A stretch of 64,000 nucleotides of DNA, taken from Antedon mediterranea (lineage: Eukaryota; Animalia; Echinodermata). Of this stretch, positions 27,220-38,309 are shown in pieces; positions within the stretch are counted from its first letter, which is position 1, and each line of letters begins with the position of its first letter. The notes below the pieces were generated by a model, which did not search any database, was not told where the DNA came from, and saw only the letters and a program-made list of their open reading frames with translations. The translations under genes and the position numbers were made by a program. The stretch is taken from assembly GCF_964355755.1 (NCBI RefSeq), contig NC_092675.1:21734912-21798911 (forward strand). The letters are read 5' to 3'.

Positions 27220-27570
27220 TAAATTTACCAATATCTGTTTTATAACAGTTGCAATATAAAAGAAAATATAATTCTAATTTTATCTTTAAATCTTTAAAAT
27301 TAAAGTTTATATCATCACTTGAAGATTATCTTTACAATAAAAACAATTCCTACCGAAATAGATTTATTCCTCAAACTTATTAATAGATTCTCCAAAACCA
27401 TCATATTTTTTGAACGATTGCAATTGCAATAAAAGATCAAATTGATTTTAATATTATCTACAGAAAATTGCTGTAAAGATATTCTTAAAACCTATTAATG
27501 CATGCTTCGTGTTATTTAATGTTGTACATGAATTTATTTACTATAGGCCTATTAGAAAACTTGCCGACTA

Positions 27571-27810
27571 CACTGTAAAAACGGCGTTTAGATTCTAAAC
27601 GCATAGCTTGTACCCACTTTTTCCACACGTTTAGCTCGATACATGTTTAGCTTTTCTATGCGTTTAGATTCTAAAGGCATAGCTTGTACCCACTTTTTCC
27701 ACACGTTTAGCTCGATACATGTTTAGCTTTTCTATGCGTTTAGATTATAAATGCATAGCTTGTACCCACGCTTCCACATGTTTAGCTTTACACATGTTTA
27801 GTTTTTTCAC
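27571..27810 (+). mobile_element. Probable CMC/EnSpm terminus with about 76-bp subterminal tandem repeats
   Basis: CACTGTAAAAA followed by about 3 copies of GCGTTTAGATTCTAAACGCATAGCTTGTACCCAC...; partner end not found. Confidence 0.55.
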
Positions 27811-27950
27811 GTATTTTTACATTAAAAAAAACAAAATGCTGTGGATGACAAAACATAAATTCAAACAAACCAAACATGTACAGAATTATTATCAATTTTA
27901 TTTTTCCTTAACATTGAAATACATTTTAGTTGTACTTTTTACTATTCACA

Positions 27951-30673
27951 TTTTTTTATTTATTTATTTATTTATTCAGGTTTATACAATAAAAAACATG
28001 CAGCCCGAAGGCTGAAATTGTTGATTTACAAAAATATATATATAAATATATGGAAACAGAAACATTTAAAAAAATACAAAAATTTATACAAAACATTAAA
28101 AAATTTGAAAAAATCAGTTAAAAAAATAAAATTATGTTATGTTAAAAAGATTCCAAAATTTATATACAAATGCATAGGCCAATATATGTAAATATTTATA
28201 ACATAGACATCTTCAGCGTGATCAGGTACTGTTTGAATTAAGGATTCTACTTATGGTAAGGGCAGGCGAAGTCTTAAGACGGTTAGTTCTGCAAACAGGT
28301 ATATTAATTAGGGGTTCATCTACCGTGGTTGATCTAAGCTCTCTATTAATAATGCGGTAGTCGGGCAAAATAGTTCTGTACAATTCGGATTTCAAGAGCC
28401 TTTCTCCAAATTTTTGAATGAACGTCTCTCGTCTGGATGCGAGAGTGGTCATATCAGTAAGCTCAAGAGCTGAATCATACGTAAGGAAAGCGGGACCCAG
28501 AATAATACGTAAAACTCTCTTTTGCACTCTTTCAATGGTCGATATTTGGGCCTTATTGATGCTTCCATGCCACACAGGGCAGGCGTATTCTAAGATTGGG
28601 CGAATATAACAAACATAAACGGATATCATATCATGAACTGGTACATTGGCCCTTCTAAGGATATATAACGTATACAACCTTTTGGATGCTCTTTTTACCA
28701 TGTCACTGACATTATTATCCCATTTCAAGTCATCCTGGATTATAAGTCCAAGGAGCTTCATATACGAAACAACATTAAGTGTTGTACCGCTAAGGTAATA
28801 ATTAGGAGGGGGAATATTTCTTTTCAAAAAATTAACTCTCATGATATGACACTTAGAGGGTTTAGGGACCATGTGATTTGTATCACACCACTCAGTAAGG
28901 TCATCAAGACAAGATTGAAGTTTAGGGGCATTACCATGTTTAACAGTGTCACCAAGAGTGAGATCATCAACATACTTCCACCATCTGCAGCCTTCCATAG
29001 AGATATCATTGACTAATATAAGAAACAAAATTGGCCCAAGCTTTGTACCCTGTGGAATCCCACATGTGATGTTGGCATAAGGGGAAAAGGATGAACTAAG
29101 TTTAGTATTTATTTTACGATCCGTCAGAAAGCTACAGATGGTGGGAATAATAGATGTTCTCACTCCGATGTCGACAAGCTTTCTAACAATGACCGTATGG
29201 TCAATTCGGTCGAAGGCCTTCGTAAAATCAACGGCACAAATATCCACAAAAGAATCACCTTTTTCAATATCACTAATTACAGACTGAATCATGTCCACAA
29301 GATAATGGCTAGTAGATGAGCCTTTACGGCTACCAAATTGTTTAATATCTAAATGTTGATGAATGTCACTAGTCACCCAATCAGTAAGGAATGACTCAAA
29401 CAACTTGGCAAAGATGGGGGTAAGTGAAATTGGCCTGAGGTCTTGAAATGATGTCACATTAGGAACTTTTGGAACAGGAATGGCTGTTGCTAACTTCCAT
29501 AACTCGGGAAATACACCTTCATTAAGACAACAATTAAAAATATGGGCAAGTGGGGTAGCAATTTCAAAGGCGAATTCTTTTATAAGTTTAATTGGCAAGT
29601 CATCAGGGTGACTAGACTTCTTTGACTTTAGTTTATTAATCAATCGTCTGACTTGTCCAGGAAAAATTTTTGGCGGGGGTTCAGGTGAAGGCAAATATGC
29701 AGGAAGAGCATTTACATCAACTGGGGGAAGCTGTCGGCACACAGATGCAAAGTGGTTATTGATATCATTTGCAAGATCTTGATTTGAGTGGCCAGGGAAT
29801 TTTAGCATGGTTCGATTTTTTAGATTGCATAGTTTACGTACACTGTGATGCCATGTTGCCGGATCATTATTTTTAAGGCCTCGCATTGATTTATCATAAA
29901 ACATTTTCTTTGCTGAACGAATGCTTCTCTGGACAGCATTGCGTGTTTCTCTCCATTCAGCTTTAGTACAGTTGTTATACATTCGTTGCCTTGCATCAAG
30001 TAGTCGACGAACGTTTTGAGTCATCCAAGGACGATCAGCTATTCTTTTTCTTATTTGCTTGACAGGGAAATTGTGATTATATGCACCTTTTAAGACATTG
30101 AAAAAACCATTTACTTTCTCATTTATACATAAGTTACGATCGAACATCCAGTTCCAGTTATAGTTGGTTATCCATTGTCCAAACGATCTTACTGACGACT
30201 CTCTGTATGGTCTAACTTGCATACGCATATATTTGGATGGCGGCAACTCATGGCAAGGATGAATGATAATACTACTATGGTCACTACGCCCAAGGGGTGC
30301 ACATTTTTTAGGCTTTGTATATAGTTCTGGATGGGTCATAAAAACCTTGTCAAGTAGCGAAACGTCACGAGTTGGAAAATCAACGATTTGTACCATCCCA
30401 AGTTGTTCTGTTAGACTATCAATGTTCAAATCATTAAAGTCGCCTAGGATTATCATCGGTGAATCTGGGTTAGTTAGACGAATCTCATCAACCGTGTTGA
30501 GTATTATGTTCAATGATGTCATCAGCACCTGGGGCTGAAGGAGGGTAATATACAGCTCCAATAAAGATATTATGGGTTTTATTACTATGGCATGATCGGT
30601 GTATGATAAGATTAACTAGATTCTGATTGTTTTTACTGTTACGTCGAAGGCTGGCCACTGCTGCTGGATCCAT
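27951..30673 (-). mobile_element. CR1/L2-group non-LTR retrotransposon, 5'-truncated; ORF2 28222-30561 (partial APE endonuclease plus RT)
   Basis: IILGDFN, LGRSDH, LRPISLT, DFTKAFD, GIPQGTKLGP, KYVDD; 3' stem-loop CAGCCTTCGGGCTG and (AAAT)n tail near 27955-27975. Confidence 0.93.
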
Positions 30674-33627
30674 TATAATATAATATAATAATATAATATT
30701 GTAATATAATACTTTTGTACTACACTTACAAACAAATAAATCCAGCTTAAAATGAAAGTAAAACTATCTTCATATTTGGTGTAAATTAATTGTGCTATGA
30801 AACAAAGTGAAATTATAATAACAAAAGTGCAAAGTGCATACGATAGTGAGTTTGAGCACGGGGGAATAATTTATTCATCATCAATTTTTTTTTTTTAGCT
30901 CAAATCGCTTTTCAAAATTTTTGAAATTGGTACTTTTAAATACTTTATTGTCAAAATCTTTAAAAACTTGTTCCTGTAAGAACCCAGTATTTGGTACTGT
31001 TTGGGATAAGACAAGTTCCAAACATAATAACAGCCCATTAATAATAGGACCATCTTAATTATGCCGGCATCACTACAATCAATAGCCTTTCCATCGGCCA
31101 AAATGAACCCACTATTATATTTATCTTCATCATCAAAGCTGACATCACAAGGTGAGGTGGCTCAGATCGTTTAGAAGTTGGTTTGAAGTTTTTTGCCTAA
31201 ATAAGGAATGATCACCAACATTTTTAGACCTTTAATTTTAAACAATATATATGGGTAGGACTTGCAGTACAACCAAATTATTTATTTTAGCCAGTCTTTA
31301 TACCTAAAATTAATTGGAACTCCTTTGAATTATTTGTTTATTTGTCTTCGCTTACAATGGACAGACAAACCCACAACAATTCCCTAAAGTTATGCCAGAA
31401 ACAGCCAAATCCCCACTATTCCATCTAGCCAAAGAACACAATAGTGGAAATTGCGTATACAGTATAAATAACAACATTTAGTACCTAGTACCTCCACTAA
31501 ACTTATCACATCTTCGTGCTGTTTTGTGCTTTTTAGGTTGACTGCCTTTTGAAGCTGTAGCAAAACCAAACAAACACTTTTGTCACTGTCATCATTCTAT
31601 CAAGAAATTTAACATAATTAGTACAAAATTAAATATAGACTACATACAGTTTGCCATCTTATATAGTTGTTACACAAGAAAATGCACGACAATTCAATTC
31701 AGGTATCCAGAGGCTTCTTGGGTGGATGCTAGGTTGAAATTAGGCTGGGTGCAAGCACTTGAAATAAGCTCTAAGAAATTACATCTCTGCTATATAGGTA
31801 AAATACATTCTGATCATTTAAACTAAATTATTAGAAACCAATCCCATTAAATTAGGTATAGTTCTAGATGTGTATGCTTACATCTTCCGGCTCTGTATTC
31901 ATCAGAATGTTAATCATCTTTTGCATATTTTCTTAAAGTTTCTCACAGTTAGGTTCAGCCCTGAGCAAGAAGAACTCTTTCATTATCTATAAAAATAAGA
32001 AAAAAAAAGTTAATTTATTACAATGAATATTTTTATTCCCTGTATTATATTAATTAATATCCTTCAAATAGGTTATGCTAAAAAACTTTGACATTCTGTG
32101 TGTGTGTGTGTGTTTTTTTTTTAAACAATGTGATGTGCCCAGGTATAACCATACCAATGTCATCATGACCATTATAAAGGCACATGATAATTTTTTTGTC
32201 AAATAAAATTTGACAGTCTTGACCTAGCATTTCAAGTTAAGGTAACGTAGTTATACGATCATATCATATCATATCATTTATTTCGCCAATATACAGAACA
32301 GTACAAAAAAAAACAATACAAAAGTAAGTCAATGAGGCCGGATAACCTAAAAGTTATAAATAAAAATAACCGTCGAGAGGCTCTCCACATCGAAATACTT
32401 ACATAAAATGAATAATACATGGATTCTATTAAAATTGAGATAAAACTATAAAATTCAGCAATGGGTTTTTATAAAAAATTGTTAATTTAAAAAGATAGAA
32501 TTAAGAAATATCTTTAAAATATACATATGTTCAGATTAAAACAGATTATTAAAATATTTCTTAAGGCTATGCTTAAAACAGTTTATATTAATTAAAAGTT
32601 GGTCGCAGAGATCCGCAGGAAGATCTGTAAAATGTCTAACAAAAAAAATAAAGACAGAGTTAGGAAATAAATCAGTCCGGGCTATAAAATTATTGCGCAA
32701 CTTAAGGTTATTAACATGTCTGCAATTAATAGATAAATATTTAAAAACGTTAACATCATATAATTTGTACATACATTTGGTAACAAAATTAATACATAAA
32801 TACCTAATACGATTGTTAATGGACATCAGATTAAGGCGTTTCAAACGTTCAGGGTAAGGGAGACTGGCTGATCTTGGGAAGCATGTACGGGTGACCCTCC
32901 TTTGGACAGCTTCAAGAGCAGCGATGTCTTTTTTAAGAAAGGGGATCCAGGCAGGTAAACCGTAATCAATATATGGTCTAACTAACGATATATATAGTCG
33001 CAATATAATAGCTTTATCACGACATTTGACAATGCGTCTCACAAAACCAAACATGCGATTAGATTTGGATTTAACATTATTGGACATGATTAGCCCAAGT
33101 GAGTTTGCGATTCAGGTGAATTCCAAGATATTTAATGGAATTCGTAACGGGCAATCTATCATCTCCAATAAAATAATCACATGCTTGTTCAAGGCGACTG
33201 TTAGATCTAGTTATGTGCATCACAAAACATTTATCAGTATTTAGTAGCATTTTGTTCGTCACACACCAGTTGTTAATACTAATAGCATGAAGATCCAACT
33301 GCAAGATCATTTCATCATTATCATTATGGTTATCTTTATCTTTGTTTTTGTTTCTGATGGCTCTGTATATGAGAGTATCATCAGCATATTGTTGTATCTG
33401 TGATTCAATGCAGGAGGGGAGATCGGATACAAAGAGATTGAAGAGGATTGGCCCAATCACTGATCCCTGAGGAACCCCGGATTTTACCAATATATTCTCG
33501 GAAGTGGAGCCCCTAAATGTAACTCTTTGAGATCTACAGGATAGGTAGGATTTAAACCAGTGGTGGCGCCAGCGGGGGGGCTACGGGGGCTCTAGCCCCC
33601 TCGTCGGGGAGCCTAGCCCCCCCGTCG

Positions 33628-34560
33628 GGGAACACGGGTACTTTTTGTCGGGGAATATAACATACAGTAAAAAACGTTCGCGTTCACTTCATATAGCTTC
33701 AGCGCCTAGAAAACCACGACGTTCCATTGACCGTGAGAGTACGTCAGAGGGCTATTATGCACTTTTATGCATTCATTATTGCCAGAGATCTAACTACTAA
33801 ACAATAGCTGTACGCACTTGTTTGGCGGTATCCCTTTGTACGAATCGTTCACCGTTGGGTCGAGACGCGTGATATCATGTTCCATCCAGGGACCAAAATG
33901 TGTAATGTAGTTATTTTCCAGGCGAAGTTTACCGACGGTTACCGAAGGGAACACGGGTACTTTTTGTCGGGGAATATAATATACAGTAAAAAACGTTCGC
34001 GTTCACTTGGTAGCTTCAGCGCCTAGAAAACCGCGACGTCTCATTGACCGTGAGAGTACGTCAGAGTGCTATTATGCAATTTATATGCATTCATTATTGC
34101 CAGCGATCTAACTTACTACTAAACATTAGCTAGGTACGCACTTGTCTGGCGGTATCCCTTTGTACGAATCGTTCAACGTTGGGTCGAGACGCGTGATATC
34201 AAGTTCCATCCAGGGACCAAAATGTGTAATGTAGTTATTTTCCAGGCGAAGTTTACCGACGGTTCGAGTACTTTTTGTCGGGGAATATAATTCGTTCGCG
34301 TTCACTTCGTAGCTTCAGCGCCTAGAAAACCTCGACGTTTCATTGACCGTGAGAGTACGTCAGAGTGATATTATGCACTTTATATGCATTCATTATTGCC
34401 AGCGATCTAACTTACTACTAAACAATAGCTATAGGTACGCACTTGTCTGGCGGTATCCCTTTGTACAAATCGTTCAACGTTGGGTCGTGATATCATGTTC
34501 CATCCAGGGACCAAAATGTGTACTGTAGTTATTTTCCAGGCGAAGTTTACCGACGGTTAC
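33628..34560. repeat. Three tandem copies of an about 300-bp unit inside the hAT element
   Basis: Units near 33628-33941, 33947-34264 and 34268-34560, each GTACTTTTTGTCGGGGAATAT...GAAGTTTACCGACGGTT. Confidence 0.9.
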
Positions 34561-35151
34561 GTCGTGTACTGTGTCGACGTACGCTACACTACAGCAAAAA
34601 CGAATTATGTTAATTGTTCGTATGTTCACAAATTTTTTAATTTACAAGTAACCTTCTGTACCGTGGGGCACCTAAAATAAATATTTCATCCATTACTAAA
34701 CAAAAAAACATGCCATTTTCGCTTAGCCAACATCTTATTATAGCTAAGTTATTAAATTTTCAATGTCCTGTAGGCCTATGTCATGAATTTCTCACCACTC
34801 GGAAGTCCAGATGGTACGCAGGCATACACTTGGGAGGAATAAACTTATTTCCCCGACTGAAAAAGGTCTACGCTTGCGTTTTTACTCGGGGTACCCGAGT
34901 CTAGTACTTACTCATTTTCTCCTTCTCTTCCTCCATCTGGACACTATTGAGTAAAAAGTGCGATTTTTAAAGTACTACTCCTCCCTTATTCGTTATAGTA
35001 TTGAGCTGGGATTTGGCATGAACATACTACAGGGACATGTCCTCAAAGCTATAGAGCCGGATTTTTAATTTTTTGTTAATTAATTTGTTTAATTAAGAAG
35101 CCACAATGTGTGACACACACCACAGCGTTATGTAGTTATATGGTTATATGC

Positions 35152-35224
35152 GGATTCTTGGCGTAGTGGTTATCACGTTTGCTTAACACGCAGAAGGTAC
35201 CTGGTTCGAGCCCGGACGAAACCT
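35152..35224 (+). tRNA. tRNA-Val(AAC)-like, with stem mismatches (probable pseudogene)
   Basis: GTAGTGGTTATCACG, anticodon loop TTAACAC, GGTTCGAGCCC, oligo-T terminator. Confidence 0.7.
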
Positions 35225-35436
35225 TTTTTTTTTAAATTTATGGTGAAAAGTACTGTATACGCAATATGATAATTATACAGAGTATATCTTATTTTTATTA
35301 TCTTTTAAAATACTTATTTTGTGTAATCGGTAATTATCACTTTTACACATGTTTATTTTGCTTTGTGCTTATTACCATTTATTTGTAATTTAAATGGATT
35401 AAAAAACTTTCTGTAACCCACATTTTTAATGTAAGA

Positions 35437-35508
35437 GGTTTCGTAGTGTAGTGGTTGTCAACTCTGCTTAACACGCAGAAGGTCCCGGTTCGAGCCCTGG
35501 CGAACCCT
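35437..35508 (+). tRNA. Second tRNA-Val(AAC)-like copy (probable pseudogene)
   Basis: GGTTTCGTAGTGTAGTGGTT...TCTGC TTAACAC GCAGA...GGTTCGAGCCC; 1-nt deletion. Confidence 0.7.
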
Positions 35509-37931
35509 ATTTTCTTTACTTTCTAACTGTATACGTCTGTATACAGCTTCTTTCGCTGTACCCCGAGTATTGCACATTCGTGCTTGTTTAAGCCTCTGGG
35601 CCTGATGTTTCCAAAGTATAAAATGCAATTCTGCAGCTCTAGTTTTAAACATTTTCTTAGCTCAGCCCCAACAATAAAGCTGGTCATATTTCGAAGTACA
35701 AGAAGTGCATTTTCCAGGACCTAACATCTCTATTTTTCAAACATTTCTTAGCTCAGTCACAACCATGATAGGGACTTATATATTTTGTTTCATGTTTTGA
35801 AGTATAATAAGTCCAATTTCCAGGACCTCCAACTCTATTTTTCTAAATTTTCTTTGAACTTTTATTTTTTAAATTGAAAAATATGGATTGAAACAGTCAT
35901 CGCGCATCGTTTTTTTGCACGCAGTATTTTATTTATGCATTATAAAAAATGGAAAAAATGGCTACCCTAAATCTGATTAAAATGACCTCAAATGACGCTA
36001 GAACGCGTTGGTTATCACCCCACCCCCACCGGGGGCCCTTGGCGGCCCCCTGGCCCCCAGCCTTGTGATGCTCGACGCTTCGCTCGCATAGCCCCCTCGT
36101 CGGGGAATGTAGCCCCCGCGTCGGGAAGATCCTGGCGCCACCCCTGATTTAAACCAGTCCAGCATTGAATCACAGATACCAAACTTATGTAATTTACTTA
36201 ACAGAATCTTATGGCTAATTTTATCAAAAGCTTTCCGCCAATCGAGAAAAATCGCATCGATTTGATCACGCACAATACAACACAAACAATTAAAAAATGT
36301 TCAACCTCCTAAAATTAAAATTTGTTTCAGTCACTCACTCATACATTAAGATACTACATAACAAAATATAGCATTATGAAATTACATTAAAACTCACTGG
36401 TTTTAAAGATAGGAATTTTGTGACAATGGTATGTACATCACCATCTTTCAATAGTCTTAGCCAGTCGCTTCTCTTGGCAAATGTTTCTCTCTGCAATCTT
36501 GTCAGTCTTGGTTTGTCCATATTTACTTCACTGTACTGCTGCTTCATTATACCAATTGCTTCCTGATATGTTTCTTCAGTATCATCACCTTAGATTAGAA
36601 CAAATAATAATATACTGTAGTGTTAATATAGTGGAATTGAAAATTAGAATATAGTTCAATACAACACTTGAGTTAGATTATATAATTAGAAAATTGATTG
36701 GGCATTTGTCTATAGGCCTATACTAGAATTAGAAACACACTACAAAAAAATATTTGGATTAGCGTATCATATGTAGTTCATATTGAGAAAATCACTACTA
36801 CCAGGCTACTATCAATTAAGTTGTGCCTACTCTACTTGCTTTGATAACTAGCCCAGCCCACTACTAGTAGGCTACTCTACAGGGCTTAAATTAAAGATAG
36901 ATTAGTAGCCTACTAAGGCTAGTAGTTGTAGTAGGCCTAGCTAGCCTCTTGGCAATAAATAAAACCTTTTCTATCTCAAAATGGTCAATAAGGTGGGACA
37001 ATTGCAAGTTCTCTAACACATTAATCATGTCAATAAAATGATTCGTCATATTGAAATAGCCTTTAAATTCATTTAATTCAACCAATTCCAACAAAACTAT
37101 TCCAGATATTAGTGAACCAAACACTCTGCAGCAGGCAGCAGGCTGTATGTTTTGTAAACTTTTCATAGACTCATTTCCAGCCGTTGATTTTCTTTTGTTT
37201 GACTCCATGTCAAAGGTTAGAATTTAATTGCGCCGTATAAAAAAAGGCCGATTTAAAACGAGCCGAATACAAAATAAAATACATGACTTGGGTACATGTT
37301 CAGTCAGATTTCAGCCTGCCACACTCGTGTCAACGTATGAGACGCTGATATAATTGCCAGCTAGATTTTATTTTATGATTAAGTCCCTTCTTCCTTCCTA
37401 GGCCAAATCAATATTGGTATAAGTGTTTTATAATGATTGAACTGATTTATAGATTGATTAACCATAAATCAGTAATGAATTAAATTGTTTTTAACATCAT
37501 GAAAATGAGGATGTTAAAACAAAAGAACAAAGTGAATTATTGTACACAAAAAGCCTAACAATAGTACTCATTATTAATAATGATAATTAAAAAACAGGCT
37601 TAATTTATGATATTAAAATCACAAATGAAACCCTGTAGTTTTCAATATAATACCTTTTTTGAATGATATATATATTATGACTAATTTTGTAATACCGGAC
37701 CATATTTGCCGGTCAAAAACAGTTCTACTGCCCAGACCGATTTTTTAAAGGTCTGGCCGGACAGGTTTTGAAAGCCAAAACTGACCATATTTAACTATAA
37801 TTAAAGTATAACACTATGATGAAAAAAATCATAGAGAATGTATTGAATAAATATTTATTATTTCTTATTTAATATAGATCACTACTGATGTAGTAGAACT
37901 TCTGAGTGTCACAGATTTTCAGCTTGTTGGT

Positions 37932-38135
37932 GTGTATGATGTGGCTACAGTAACAGCAATAAAAGATAAATGTACAAATTCAAGTTTGTTAAATAAAGGG
38001 AAAGCTAATACATATGTCATCAAAAAAGAAATATTGGAAAGCCTTATTTGTGAAGGCTTCAAGTGTTCTGAAATTGCTGCTATACTGTGTGTTATTGTTC
38101 GTACAGTATTCAGACGACTACAGATGTATTTTTGA
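37932..38135 (+). pseudogene. Helix-turn-helix N-terminal fragment of a DDE transposase/integrase
   Basis: YVIKKEILESLICEGFKCSEIAAILCVIVRTVFRRL fits the HTH pattern L...GF....IA..L.VS.RTV.RR; truncated. Confidence 0.6.
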
Positions 38136-38309
38136 ACCAATCCTGAGTTTTCTTCAATGTTCTAAAAACAATACAAATTTAAAATGAATAAAAATAATTT
38201 ATCACAATCTGTAAATGTAGCAATTGAAGCTAAAACAATAAAACAATTGAATGATATACTATCCATAATATCTCAGTATGAATAAAAACTATTAAGCTAT
38301 TTTACTTAC

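Larger units (their letters stand above)
34879..35589 (+). mobile_element. HINE (non-autonomous Helentron) carrying two tRNA-Val-like genes
   Basis: 5' TTTTT-ACTCGGGGTACCCGAGT hairpin and CT-rich tract; 3' CCCCGAGTA subTIR, GCACATTCGTGC hairpin, TTGTTT; the same 3' end occurs near 9375-9400. Confidence 0.7.
33558..36146. mobile_element. Non-autonomous hAT element
   Basis: TIR CAG(T/G)GGTGGCGCCAG; exact 8-bp TSD ATTTAAAC at 33550-33557 and 36147-36154; TAGCCCCC subterminal motifs. Confidence 0.88.
32259..36272 (-). mobile_element. CR1-like LINE 3' fragment (32259-33557 plus 36147-36272) split by a hAT insertion
   Basis: IFLDWRKAFDKISH...WFK continues as SGVPQGSVIGP, YADD and LVRPYIDY; frameshifted; (ATGAT)n tail at 32259-32277. 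Confidence 0.9.
30895..37049 (-). pseudogene. Decayed intron-containing SAM / SAMD3-like transposon accessory gene (exon relics near 37049-36966, 36590-36398, 31987-31880, 31600-31505, 31200-30895)
   Basis: LENLQLSHLIDHFEIEK|gt; LQRETFAKRSDWL...IVTKF; LMGCYYVWNLSYP motif typical of SAMD3-like proteins; stops and frameshifts present. Confidence 0.55.
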
